From Desulfobulbaceae bacterium (GTDB taxonomy: Bacteria > Desulfobacterota > Desulfobulbia > Desulfobulbales > SURF-16): a stretch of DNA of 64,000 nt. Below the pieces are notes generated by a model, which ran no database searches, was not told the origin of the DNA, and saw only the letters and a program-made list of their open reading frames with translations. The DNA is taken from the NCBI GenBank assembly GCA_002868945.1, contig PKTX01000008.1, positions 48,474-112,473 of the forward strand. Direction: 5' to 3'. This document shows positions 54,682 through 64,000 of the stretch, in pieces; position 1 is the stretch's first letter, and every line of letters begins with the position of its first letter. Both the position numbers and the translations under genes were made by a program.

Positions 54682-56736
54682 TCAGGGTTGCGGGGTGAGG
54701 ACAGGTTTCTGCAGCATGTCGTCATGCTCCTCCATATTCCATGGCAAGACGCCGGGCGAGATGTGGAGAAAGTGGAGATATTTCTCAAACTGGCCGAGGA
54801 TATCGTCGATAATCTGGTCCGTTGCATAACCATAGATGTCGTAGGACTGGCCGCCGCGCCGCAGAAAGACCTCGGCCCGATAGTAATGGGGCGTGTCACT
54901 CTCGTCGCCGGGCAGCTCCGGATAGGAGAAGTTGGGGCGCAGATACTCACAGAGGCGGATATCGTAGATAAAGTCGACCTCGTCGTTACGTATCACCTCC
55001 AGAAAGGCGCGGCCGTTTTCTTTGTCAAACACCACCTCGGCATGCCAACCCTGTTCGCGCAGACCATCGCGTACCCGGCGCATGCTGTCCATTACCTCGC
55101 CGCGGATGAAGTCGAGGACCTCCCGGCGGCCGGGAAAACGAATCATACCGGCCAGACGCGTCCGCCAACCGCTGCTGCAGGAAGCGCTGCCATGCTGCTG
55201 CCGACGCATGTGGCCCTGTAAACTCACCTCGGTATGACCCTCGATCACCAGGGCGCGCCACAGGCCCAGCACCGACAACAGCATAATCACGGCAAAGGGC
55301 AGGGCCGTGGTGATGGCCATGGCCTGTAAGGCCTTGAGGCCGCCGGCCAAGAGCAGGGTGGCGGCCACCACCCCCTCGGTGATGGCCCAGAAGGAGCGGT
55401 GCCAGACCGGTGAATCGTCGCGGCCGCCGGCGGAGAGGGAATCAATGACCAGGGAGCCGGAGTCGGAGGAGGTTACAAAAAAGGTGATAATCAACAAGAC
55501 GGTGACCAGGGAGACCAGGGAAGAGAAGGGCAGCGCCTCGAAAAGCTTGAACAGGGCCAGGGCCTGATCCGCCTGGACATGGCCGACGAGACTCTCATAG
55601 CCCTCCTCCATGATCAGGTAGAGGGCGGTATCGCCGAAAATGGAAAACCACATGAAGGTGAAGATGGACGGCACCAGCATGACGCCGAAGACAAACTGCC
55701 GGATGGTACGACCGCGGCTGATCTTGGCAATGAACAGGCCGACAAAGGGGGCCCAGGCAATGGTCCAGCCAAAGATAAAGAGCGTCCAGTTGCCGATCCA
55801 GTCGCTGCGCACATAGGCCTGCAGGTTAAAGGTGCGCTCAATAATATTGTTGAGGTAGCTGCCGGTATTCTGCAGAAAGGTTTCCAGGATAAAGAGCGTC
55901 GGCCCTACGATAAAGACAAAGAGCATCAGAATGACGGCCAGACTCATGTTGAGGATGGAGAGGCGCTTGATGCCCTTGTCCATGCCGGCCAGCACCGAGG
56001 TCAGGGCCATGGCGGTGATCAGGGCGATGGCAACGATCTGCACCCATGTTGCCACTGGAACCTGTGGCCAGAGATAGTTAATACCCGCGTTGATCTGAGC
56101 CACTGACAGTCCCAGGGTGGTGGCCACGCCGAACAGGGTGCCCAGAATGGCAAAGATATCCACCGTATGACCTATGGGCCCGTGAATCCGATCACCCACC
56201 AGGGGATAGAGGGCCGAGCGCATGGACAGAGGCAGGCCGTGGCGAAAGGCGAAATAGGAGAGCACCAGGCCCACCAGACCGTAGATGGCCCAGATATGAA
56301 AGCCCCAGTGGAAAAAGGCGATCTGCATGGCCTGTTTGGCGGCATTCAGGGTGCCGGCGGCGCCTTGGGGCGGCTCGGCAAAATGGAGGACCGGTTCAGC
56401 CACCCCGAAAAAAAGCAGGGCAATGCCGTAACCGGCCGAAAAGAGCATGGCAAACCAGGCCGGAAAGCTGTACTGCGGCACGGCGTGATCCGGGCCCAGC
56501 TTGATGTTGCCCCAGGATGATACCGCCACCAGCACGATAAAGATCAGAAAGATGGCCACCGACAGCATGTAGAACCAACCGAAGGTATGGGTGATAAAGG
56601 CCAGGGCCGAGGCAAAGACCTTGCTGGCCAGGGTGGGATTACTAATGGTGCCCAGCACCAGCAGGGCAATAACAACAACCGCCGGCACAAAAACCGGCAC
56701 CAGCACTGACGCGTGCCACGCCTCTTTTTTCGTCAT
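54682..56736 (-). CDS. BCCT-family (betaine/carnitine/choline) transporter with long cytoplasmic C-terminus
   Basis: 684 aa with about 12 TM segments. The BCCT signature region is WTLFIFGWTIAWAPFVGLFIAKISRGRTIRQF. Confidence 0.9.
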   Translation of the reverse strand: MTKKEAWHASVLVPVFVPAVVVIALLVLGTISNPTLASKVFASALAFITHTFGWFYMLSVAIFLIFIVLVAVSSWGNIKLGPDHAVPQYSFPAWFAMLFSAGYGIALLFFGVAEPVLHFAEPPQGAAGTLNAAKQAMQIAFFHWGFHIWAIYGLVGLVLSYFAFRHGLPLSMRSALYPLVGDRIHGPIGHTVDIFAILGTLFGVATTLGLSVAQINAGINYLWPQVPVATWVQIVAIALITAMALTSVLAGMDKGIKRLSILNMSLAVILMLFVFIVGPTLFILETFLQNTGSYLNNIIERTFNLQAYVRSDWIGNWTLFIFGWTIAWAPFVGLFIAKISRGRTIRQFVFGVMLVPSIFTFMWFSIFGDTALYLIMEEGYESLVGHVQADQALALFKLFEALPFSSLVSLVTVLLIITFFVTSSDSGSLVIDSLSAGGRDDSPVWHRSFWAITEGVVAATLLLAGGLKALQAMAITTALPFAVIMLLSVLGLWRALVIEGHTEVSLQGHMRRQQHGSASCSSGWRTRLAGMIRFPGRREVLDFIRGEVMDSMRRVRDGLREQGWHAEVVFDKENGRAFLEVIRNDEVDFIYDIRLCEYLRPNFSYPELPGDESDTPHYYRAEVFLRRGGQSYDIYGYATDQIIDDILGQFEKYLHFLHISPGVLPWNMEEHDDMLQKPVLTPQP

Positions 56737-56838
56737 ACGGTTTCCTTCACGTACATAGGGGATTTTGAATAAGAAGGCCTATACTCTTTTGGTGTTTATG
56801 TAATTTTTTAGGTTAACGAAACACTGGAGTGAGTGAAA

Positions 56839-56880
56839 TTCAAGGTTCAAGGTTCAAGGTTCAAGGTTCAAGGTTCAAGG
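56839..56880. repeat. Perfect heptanucleotide microsatellite (TTCAAGG)x6
   Basis: Six uninterrupted copies, 103-144 nt upstream of the BCCT start (minus strand) and downstream of the aldehyde dehydrogenase stop. Confidence 0.95.
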
Positions 56881-56999
56881 TGTGATTCCGCGCGGCGTTG
56901 AGCGTGGCAAAAGGCAGGGGGAGTCGGCATTGGCCAGGAGGGTTTAGGCCATCTTGAATATTCTAAAAAACACGCGTTTACGTCTTTTTTCCAGGGCTG

Positions 57000-58430
57000 C
57001 TAAACAGGCAGCCGGCGCAGTACCAATAACCTGATTTCACTCATATCCTCCATGGCATAGCGGATGCCCTCGCGGCCCAAGCCGGAATCCTTGACACCAC
57101 CGTAGGGCATCTGGTCGGCCCGCCAGGAGGGGATGTCGCCGATGATCACGCCGCCCACCTCCAGGCGCTCCCAGGCCAGCTGCGCCTTGTGGATATCCCG
57201 GGTAAAGATGCCGGCCTGCAGGCCGAAACGACTGGCGTTGATCTCAGCCAGGGCCTCCTCAAAATCGTTGAACCTGGAGAGCACCGCCACCGGCCCAAAG
57301 GCCTCTTGTCGACAGATATCCTCCTGCCTGTCAACGTTTTCAAGCAGGGTGGCGGCAAGCATTGCTCCCTGCCGCCTGCCGCCGCAGAGCAGGGTGGCGC
57401 CGTGCTCCAGGGCCGAGGTGATCCATTGCTCCAGGCGGACGGCCTCTTTTTCCGAGATCAGCGGGCCGATAAAGGTCTCTTCCCGGCGTGGGTCGCCCAT
57501 TATCAGTTTTTCAGTGGCGGCAACGAGCTTGTCGCGAAAAACGTCATAGACCTTATCATGAATGACAATTCGTTGCACACCGATACAGCTCTGGCCCGAC
57601 TGGTAGAAGGCGCCGATGATGATACGGTTTACCGCATCATCGAGATCGGCATCCTCATCCACCAGACAGGCGGCATTGCCGCCCAGCTCCAGCACCACCT
57701 TTTTTTTGCCGGCCCTGGCCTTCAGTGCCCAGCCCACCTCGGGTGAACCGGTGAAGGAGAGGAGTTTAAGGCGTTCATCCTCGCTAAAGAGCCTGGCCCC
57801 CTCCCGCCGGCAGGGGAGAATGGAAAAGGCGCCTTTTGGCAGATCGCACTCGGCCAGGGTCTCGCCGATGATCAGGGCACCGATGGGGGTGAGGCTGGCC
57901 GGCTTCAGGACAAAGGGGCAGCCCGCGGCAATGGCCGGTGCCACCTTGTGGGCCGCCAGGTTGAGGGGGAAGTTGAAGGGCGAGATAAAGGAACAGGCCC
58001 CCACCGGCACCCGCCTGGTCATGGAAATGTAACCCTCGGTGCGGGGGCTGCGGTCCAGCGGCATATAGGCGCCGCCAAAACGTACGGTTTCTTCCGCGGC
58101 AATCTTGAAGGTCTCAATGAGCCGGGTCACCTCGCCCCGACAATCCTTGATCGGTTTACCCGCCTCAAGGCAGAGGGCCTGGGCCAGTTCCTCGTCCCGT
58201 TCCTGGAAGCGGCGCACGCAGTGACTGAGGATCTCCTGACGCTGCCAGGCCGGCATGGTGGCCATGGCACGCTCCGTCTGCACGGCGTGCTCGATGGCCT
58301 GGTCAATAACGGCCTCATCGGCCAAGGCCACCCGGTAAGCCGCCTTGCCGCTGAACTTGTCGGTAACCTCCAGCTCCTCATTGGCAAAAACGGCCTCATT
58401 GGCCAGATAGTAGGGAAATGTCTTCTGCAT
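57000..58430 (-). CDS. NAD(P)+-dependent aldehyde dehydrogenase
   Basis: The ATG at 58430 begins MQKTFPYYLANE. Motifs are the catalytic Glu VLELGGNA and the catalytic Cys FYQSGQSCIG. 476 aa. The longer N-terminus in the track is rejected. Confidence 0.9.
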   Translation of the reverse strand: MQKTFPYYLANEAVFANEELEVTDKFSGKAAYRVALADEAVIDQAIEHAVQTERAMATMPAWQRQEILSHCVRRFQERDEELAQALCLEAGKPIKDCRGEVTRLIETFKIAAEETVRFGGAYMPLDRSPRTEGYISMTRRVPVGACSFISPFNFPLNLAAHKVAPAIAAGCPFVLKPASLTPIGALIIGETLAECDLPKGAFSILPCRREGARLFSEDERLKLLSFTGSPEVGWALKARAGKKKVVLELGGNAACLVDEDADLDDAVNRIIIGAFYQSGQSCIGVQRIVIHDKVYDVFRDKLVAATEKLIMGDPRREETFIGPLISEKEAVRLEQWITSALEHGATLLCGGRRQGAMLAATLLENVDRQEDICRQEAFGPVAVLSRFNDFEEALAEINASRFGLQAGIFTRDIHKAQLAWERLEVGGVIIGDIPSWRADQMPYGGVKDSGLGREGIRYAMEDMSEIRLLVLRRLPV

Positions 58431-58825
58431 GGCTGGTACCTCTTTTGTGTGAGTGATCCCATTAACGTAGCATATTTTCCAATACGATGTGAGCCTCTCC
58501 TTCAGATTGAGTGACTCCTGCTGTCGCCTGGCTTCTTTGTGGAGTTTTGGCGGGCTCTTTTTCCGGTTTGTTGCGACAAAAGAGGTCTCTGTCTGCTGCG
58601 GCTGTTTTTTGATTTTCCTTATAAATTCAAGAAGAAACACCATTGTCTGCCGTGGCCGGGTCGTGCCTCTTGTGGCGTGGCGGAATATTATTTTGACCGC
58701 GATTACGGAAAAATTATAGGCTAATTTTGGGGAAAGTAATGAGGGAGATCACTGGCCGGTTCGGCAATTGGCAGCCATTTGGGAACCGCCATTGGTCACC
58801 AAATAAACAACTGCGAGGAGAGGGA

Positions 58826-59707
58826 ATGAAGAAAATTGGCAGCGTTTTAGTCGGATTACTTCTGTTGTTTTTGTGGGTTGGTGCGGCACAGGCTGAGATC
58901 AAAATTGGTGTCCTGGCCAAAAGGGGGGCAATCAAGGCCATGACCAAATGGCAGGCTACCGGTGACTATCTGGCTGATAAGCTGGGTGAACCGGTGGTTG
59001 TTATCCCGCTGAATTTCTCCGCTATTGAGCCCAAGGTCAAAAGTGGGGAGATAGATTTTTTGCTGGCCAACTCCGCCTTTTTTGTGGAAATGGAGAAGAA
59101 GTATGGTACCAAGGCGGTTGCCACCCTGATTAATTCCCGGGACGGCAAGGCCTTAAAGGAGTTCGGCGGTGTTATTCTGGTGCGGGCCGACAGCCCCATC
59201 CGCACTCTGGCGGATATCAGGGGGAAGAAGTTCATGTGCGTTAAGTATTCATCCTTTGGCGGCGCCCACATGGCCTGGCGCCTGTTGCTTGATAACGGCA
59301 TTGATCCGGAAAAGGATTTTGCCCTTTTTGCCGAAGGCAAAAAACATGACAATGTCGTTTTGGCCGTGCAAAATGGTGTCATGGACGCCGGTACGGTTCG
59401 TTCCGATACCCTTGAGAGGATGGCCGGCGAAGGGCAGATCAATATGACGGATTTTCGTATTATTAATCAGGTCAACGACGATTTTCCCTTTGTCCACTCC
59501 ACCCGTCTCTATCCGGAATGGCCCATGGCCGCCCTGGCCCATATTGACGACGCCAAGGCCGCCAAGGTGGGTGAGGCGCTCCGGGCCATGCGCAGTGATG
59601 ATGCGGCTGCCAAGGCTGCCAAGGTGGTGGGCGGGGATGCTGCGGCGGACTATGGTCCGGTGCGGGACTGTTTGATGGCCATTAAGTATGGCGTATTTGC
59701 CAACTAA
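58826..59707 (+). CDS. PhnD-like (phosphonate-binding-fold) periplasmic substrate-binding protein
   Basis: The ATG at 58826 starts the signal peptide [23 protein letters not shown]. It is followed by [28 protein letters not shown], typical of the PhnD-like family. Confidence 0.75.
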   Translation: MKKIGSVLVGLLLLFLWVGAAQAEIKIGVLAKRGAIKAMTKWQATGDYLADKLGEPVVVIPLNFSAIEPKVKSGEIDFLLANSAFFVEMEKKYGTKAVATLINSRDGKALKEFGGVILVRADSPIRTLADIRGKKFMCVKYSSFGGAHMAWRLLLDNGIDPEKDFALFAEGKKHDNVVLAVQNGVMDAGTVRSDTLERMAGEGQINMTDFRIINQVNDDFPFVHSTRLYPEWPMAALAHIDDAKAAKVGEALRAMRSDDAAAKAAKVVGGDAAADYGPVRDCLMAIKYGVFAN

Positions 59708-59721
59708 GCGAAGGAGTAGCG

Positions 59722-61353
59722 ATGTTTAATATTCGAGGTATTGCCATCAAGTTTCTTTTGGCTGTCACCGGCGTGGTGCAGGCCCTGCTTGTCTTGCTGG
59801 CGGTTATTGTCATTGTCACTTCCTACAAGGCGCAACGGCAGCAGGCGGATAATTTTATTGAGATCCTGCAATCCGAGCAGAAACAAGAGGAGGCCTTGTT
59901 GGCCGACAGCGTCACCAGAAAGGGTGAGTCCATCGCCGCGCTGCTGTCGCAGACCGGCGCCTCCCTGGTGGTGGGCTATGATTTCGAGGGCCTCCTGCAG
60001 CTTGGTGAAGCGGCCCTGAAGGACAATGATGTGGTGAGTGTGGTTTTTACCAGTACGGACGGCAATGTGCTGGGAGAGTCGCGCAGCAGCGATAGTGCCG
60101 ATACCATCATCGAAAAGAAGCTGGTCTTTGATGGTTCCACCATTGGTGCGGTGGCGGTGGGCCTGAAGTTTGATTCGGTCACCGCTGCCGTTAATCGCCT
60201 GAGCGGCCGTATAGAGCAGCTGGTGGTTCAGGCCAATGATGACCTGACAGCAGGGGCCTGGCGCTTGGGCTGGATCATCATCGCGGTCATGGGTTTCATT
60301 GTTCTGGTGTTGTGCGGCGCCATTTTCCTGAGTTTGAAGCTCTTTGTTATCAAGCCGGTGATGCGCGTGGTCAACGGTGTTAACGAGAGCGCCATCCAGG
60401 TGAAGTTTTCTTCAGGTCAGCTGGCCGGCGCCAGCCAGCAGCTGGCAGACGGTGCCTCGCGCGGCGCCGCTTCCCTGGAGGAGACATCCTCCTCTCTGGA
60501 GGAGGTCTCCTCCATGACCAGACGTAATGCCGATAATGCCACTGAGTGTAACAGCCTCATGCAGGAGGTAAATGATGTGGTGGAAAAGGCCAACACCTCC
60601 ATGGCCGCTCAGAATCAGGCCATGGAAGAGATTTCCAGGGCCAGTGAAGAGACCTCGAAGATCGTCAAGACCATTGATGAAATTGCCTTCCAGACCAATC
60701 TGCTGGCCTTAAATGCCGCTGTTGAGGCGGCCCGGGCCGGCGAGGCCGGCGCCGGGTTTGCCGTGGTGGCCGACGAGGTGCGTAACCTGGCCATGCGTGC
60801 CGCCGAGGCAGCCAGGGATACGGCTAATCTCATTGAAGGCACGGTGGTCAAGGTCAAGGAGGGTGAAGGGCTGGCCCGTCAGACAAACGAGAATTTCGCT
60901 CAGGTTTCCGAGCGGGCCGCCAAGGTCGGCACGCTGATCAATGAGATTGCTGTGGCCTCTGAAGAGCAGAATTCAGGGCTGGGCGAGGTCAACAACGCCA
61001 TGAGCGAGATCGATCAGGTGACCCAGCAGACAGCGGCTAATTCGGAAGAGGCGGCCAGCGCCTCTGAGGAGTTGAGTTCCCAGGCCGAGTATCTTGAGGA
61101 TTATGTGCATGAACTCGTTGTCCTGATCCAGGGGCACACCAACGGCCTTGATCAGGGCCATGGCCAGCTCGACCAACAGGAGCGGCACCACCCTGTTGCC
61201 TCGGAGAAAAACAAGGGCAAGACTGCCTTGCCGTCGCCGGCTGCACCAAAGAGGGAGGTGGCTGAAAAGGCGGAGAAACCAAAGAAGGCCAAGCCTGAGA
61301 AAAAGGCGGAAGAGGTGATCCCCTTTGACGATGAGGAGTTTGAGGATTTTTAA
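59722..61353 (+). CDS. Methyl-accepting chemotaxis protein with Lys/Pro-rich tether and C-terminal EFEDF
   Basis: AAGGAG SD, 14 nt after the binding-protein stop. It has two TM helices and the signalling core [38 protein letters not shown]. The tail is ...[25 protein letters not shown]. Confidence 0.92.
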   Translation: MFNIRGIAIKFLLAVTGVVQALLVLLAVIVIVTSYKAQRQQADNFIEILQSEQKQEEALLADSVTRKGESIAALLSQTGASLVVGYDFEGLLQLGEAALKDNDVVSVVFTSTDGNVLGESRSSDSADTIIEKKLVFDGSTIGAVAVGLKFDSVTAAVNRLSGRIEQLVVQANDDLTAGAWRLGWIIIAVMGFIVLVLCGAIFLSLKLFVIKPVMRVVNGVNESAIQVKFSSGQLAGASQQLADGASRGAASLEETSSSLEEVSSMTRRNADNATECNSLMQEVNDVVEKANTSMAAQNQAMEEISRASEETSKIVKTIDEIAFQTNLLALNAAVEAARAGEAGAGFAVVADEVRNLAMRAAEAARDTANLIEGTVVKVKEGEGLARQTNENFAQVSERAAKVGTLINEIAVASEEQNSGLGEVNNAMSEIDQVTQQTAANSEEAASASEELSSQAEYLEDYVHELVVLIQGHTNGLDQGHGQLDQQERHHPVASEKNKGKTALPSPAAPKREVAEKAEKPKKAKPEKKAEEVIPFDDEEFEDF

Positions 61354-61373
61354 TTGCTTTTAGCAATACAGTG

Positions 61374-61418
61374 CCACGAAAAAAGGCGATTGCCGCAAGC
61401 AATCGCCTTTTTTCGTGG
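61374..61418. terminator. Bidirectional intrinsic terminator between convergent MCP and cstA
   Basis: A 20-bp perfect stem, CCACGAAAAAAGGCGATTGC / GCAATCGCCTTTTTTCGTGG, with internal A6/T6 runs. Confidence 0.8.
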
Positions 61419-61507
61419 CAACGGTGGCAGGGTGTGGCGTCTGCGGCTGCAACGATGCAAGCGGCTACTTGCTGTCTGTCCAGAAATGCCCTATTTCTGG
61501 ACAGAAA

Positions 61508-63277
61508 CTACTTAAGGCCGTCCGGACGTTCCGGGCTTTGTTCAAAAGCGACTTCCGGCCCACAGGAATCGCTCCTTTGCCGGAGACGCTGCAGGGAGGA
61601 GATCGCCCCCACCAAGAGCCAGCCTGTCAGGCCGAAAATAACCAGGGAGAGGATGATGAGAATGGTATCGCCGTTGTCCACAAAGCGGCGCAGATTGTTG
61701 AGCATGGCCCAACCAGTCATGAGCAGCATGAAGAGCATGGGCAGCATGGTCACCAGGTAGTTACGGCCCTTGCGGGCCAGATAGACAGTGGCCACAGTGA
61801 GCCCCAGGGCGGCCAGGAGTTGATTAAGGGCACCGAACAGGGGCCAGAGAATGAGGGCACCGCCGGCCCCCGGTTTGACAAAGGTGAGCAGAGCGGCCAG
61901 CACAACCACCACAAAGGTGGCGGCGAATCGGTTGTCCAGGGGGCGGAGAATCTTGCCGTGTCTGTTTGTGCAGAGTTCCTGCAGGGTGAGGCGCTGAATG
62001 CGGGTGGCCGAGTCAAGGGTGGTGCCGGCAAAGGAGACGATGAACACCGCCATCAGGGCGGTGCCGAATTCCCTGGAGAGGCCGAAACAGGCCATCATGT
62101 TGGCGGCACCGGTGACAAAGGCGCCGATCTTCTGCCCCAGGCCCTGGGCCGCGGCCCAGCTGGCGTAGTGGGCGTTAAAGGCCGCAGCGCCGGTGAAGTG
62201 GACACCACCCTTGTCAAGGCCCATGCCCAGGCCGCCGGCAATGGCGATGAGGGCGATGGTGGCCAGCACCCCCTCCAGCAGCATGCCGCCATAGCCAATG
62301 CTCAGTATGTCCTGCTCCTGCGTCACCTGTTTGCTGGCCGTGCCCGAGGCAGCCAGTGAATGAAAGCCGGAAATGGCGCCGCAGGCAATGGTGATAAAGA
62401 GCAGGGGAAAGAGCGGCGGGATGTCACTGCCCGGCGCCGTGGCCGCCGGATTGATGGCCGGTGCCGTCATGGCCGGGTGGGCAATGAGGATACCGACGGT
62501 GAGCAGGGCCATGACGATGAGTAACTGGTGGGAGTTGATATAGTCGCGGGGCTGGAGCAGCATGTCAACGGGCAGGGTGGCGGCCACAAAGACGTAGACA
62601 AAGAGCAGCAGGGTCCAGGTGATCACTGCGGAACCCAGGATGGGCGGCAGGATTATGGGAAGGTGCAGCCCCAGCACCACAAAGGCAAACATCAGGGCCA
62701 CGGCAATCAGTGAGCAGAGCAGATCACTTTTGCCGCGGCGGAGCTGGCGGCCCAGCCAGAGGGCAATGGGGATTTGCATGACTATCGGCAAGACGGCCTC
62801 GGGATACATCTGAAAGAGGACCCCCATGATCATGGCAAAGATGGAGACCACGATCCACAGCAGGAATTGAATAATAACCTGAAATGCCAATTTGGTGGCC
62901 GGGCTGATAATGGTGCCGGTGAGGTCGCCGATGGTGCGCCCCTGGTTGCGGGCCGAAATGGCCATGGCTGCAAAATCATGAACCGCTCCCATGAATATCG
63001 AGCCGAAGAGCACCCAGATAAAGGCGGGCAACCAGCCCCAGATAATGCCGATGGCAGGGCCGACAATGGGGCCGAGACCGGCAATGGTGGTGAAGTGGTG
63101 GCCGAGGACGATATGTTTTTTGGAGGGGATAAAGTCGATACCGTCGCAAAGGTCGTGGGCCGGCATGCTGTTACTGCTGGTCAGACGAAATATCTTGCGA
63201 CCGAGATAGCGGCCATAGAGCCGATAGGCCGCCAGGTAGGCGACAACTGTTCCTGTCAATAAAACAAGGGAGTTCAT
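61508..63277 (-). CDS. cstA: Carbon starvation protein A (peptide/pyruvate transporter family)
   Basis: The ATG at 63277 begins MNSLVLLTGTVVAYLAAYRLYGRYLG. Motifs are HHFTTIAGLGPIVGPAIG and CGAISGFHSL. It has about 16 TM segments. Confidence 0.9.
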   Translation of the reverse strand: MNSLVLLTGTVVAYLAAYRLYGRYLGRKIFRLTSSNSMPAHDLCDGIDFIPSKKHIVLGHHFTTIAGLGPIVGPAIGIIWGWLPAFIWVLFGSIFMGAVHDFAAMAISARNQGRTIGDLTGTIISPATKLAFQVIIQFLLWIVVSIFAMIMGVLFQMYPEAVLPIVMQIPIALWLGRQLRRGKSDLLCSLIAVALMFAFVVLGLHLPIILPPILGSAVITWTLLLFVYVFVAATLPVDMLLQPRDYINSHQLLIVMALLTVGILIAHPAMTAPAINPAATAPGSDIPPLFPLLFITIACGAISGFHSLAASGTASKQVTQEQDILSIGYGGMLLEGVLATIALIAIAGGLGMGLDKGGVHFTGAAAFNAHYASWAAAQGLGQKIGAFVTGAANMMACFGLSREFGTALMAVFIVSFAGTTLDSATRIQRLTLQELCTNRHGKILRPLDNRFAATFVVVVLAALLTFVKPGAGGALILWPLFGALNQLLAALGLTVATVYLARKGRNYLVTMLPMLFMLLMTGWAMLNNLRRFVDNGDTILIILSLVIFGLTGWLLVGAISSLQRLRQRSDSCGPEVAFEQSPERPDGLK

Positions 63278-63506
63278 GGTGCGACGAGAGTGGCTGTGGT
63301 TGGCAGGATGGCTGAGCAACAACGAACAGGCTGTTGAAAAAAACAGCTGCCGGCAGAGAAGCTCTGTTTAAAAAAAAGTGGAAAATGTTCATTTACCCCG
63401 GCAAAAGGCGCTTTTCCAGCTATTTTTCGGGACGGTGCACCTTTGCTGGCTGAAGAGATGTACCCTGCAGTGTCTCTCTGTTGCCGGCGCTTTAGCCATG
63501 GCGCTC

Positions 63507-64000
63507 TCAGCGCAGGTGGAGCCGGGGCATGCCGCGTTCAAAGCTGAGCTCGACACCGGCATGGCAGAAGGCCTGGAACATGGGGCGACCGAAATAAAAG
63601 AGCTCCTGGGCCAGGGAGAGCTTGAGGCTGTGCACCGCCTCTTCACGCAGAAAGAGGTCGGTGCGGATGATCTTTTCTATCTCCAGCAGGGTGGTGGCGT
63701 CCAGTTCCTCCAGCAGGCTGTGCACCGTATGCCAGGAGCACTGCGTAAAGGCTTCGATAAAGGGGATGGCCGGGTCATCCTGGGCCATGATGTCGCGGCG
63801 GTTCAAGCAATCCCGACCGCTGACCGCCAGCAGAGGGGCGGGGTCCTGACACTGCAGGAGCCGACATTCCAGGGGGCGGTTGACATGGATGGTACAGCTC
63901 TTGGTTGCTGCCTCGAAAAAGAGACACTGCCAACTGCCGGCCACTCCCTGGACCTTCAGCATCTCGCAGGCGGCCGGTTCAACGCTGTCGCTGGCCGGCT
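63507..64000 (-). CDS. YkgJ/UPF0153-family cysteine-cluster protein (5' end beyond the window)
   Basis: WQCLFFEAATKSCTIHVNRPLECRLLQC matches the C-x-fl..C-x-iy..RP..CR pattern. The reading frame stays open to position 64000, so the N-terminal CxxCxxCC part is probably outside the window. Confidence 0.55.
   Translation of the reverse strand, partial: PASDSVEPAACEMLKVQGVAGSWQCLFFEAATKSCTIHVNRPLECRLLQCQDPAPLLAVSGRDCLNRRDIMAQDDPAIPFIEAFTQCSWHTVHSLLEELDATTLLEIEKIIRTDLFLREEAVHSLKLSLAQELFYFGRPMFQAFCHAGVELSFERGMPRLHLR

Overview
This is a GC-rich chromosomal window. The gene content (neelaredoxin-type superoxide reductase, an HGD-D/activase radical-enzyme pair, very dense PAS/Cache two-component signalling) suggests an anaerobic Desulfobacterota-like bacterium, but that is inference only. 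I call about 45 protein-coding genes. I saw no rRNA, tRNA, CRISPR array, transposase, integrase or phage genes. The main blocks are as follows. (1) 0.1-8.6 kb: a c-di-GMP/phosphorelay cluster with a GGDEF cyclase, a 1387-aa hybrid kinase, an HD-GYP response regulator, and a CheY-like regulator coupled to a methyltransferase. (2) 8.7-18.6 kb: an orphan protein with RelA/SpoT-like motifs, two Cache-PAS hybrid kinases, trmFO and adk. (3) 19.2-23.7 kb: an IscA-like protein, a rhodanese, then a tightly coupled set of transglutaminase-like protein, single-subunit HGD-D (double-cubane-type) protein, activase and RelE-like protein. (4) 23.8-28.5 kb: two membrane proteins, one with a zinc-ribbon tail, then a CocE/NonD hydrolase overlapping an ATP-grasp ligase. 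(5) 29-35.9 kb: a PAS-LuxR regulator, a fourth Cache kinase and an MCP. (6) 36.6-44.4 kb: a visibly lower-GC type IV minor-pilin operon (FimT-like, PilW, PilV, PilX and a 1784-aa PilY1). (7) 44.5-64 kb: housekeeping and stress genes, including DUF445, a methyltransferase, a fused prephenate dehydratase/dehydrogenase, superoxide reductase, CopB-type ATPase, minimal modE plus modABC, a BCCT transporter, an aldehyde dehydrogenase, a PhnD-like binding protein plus MCP, cstA and a partial YkgJ-like gene. The least explained signals are non-coding. A tandemly duplicated structured unit of about 108 bp lies in the 936-bp adk/kinase spacer. A dispersed purine-rich heptamer/AAGCTT element of about 43 bp always lies sense-upstream of a gene. 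A recurring ATCTTGAATAAT motif appears in several spacers. A (TTCAAGG)x6 microsatellite lies upstream of the BCCT transporter. An orphan terminator/attenuator sits in front of the pilin operon. Two TATAT-N7-TATAT ModE-type operators flank modE. All functional calls rest on motif recognition by eye, because no database search was possible.
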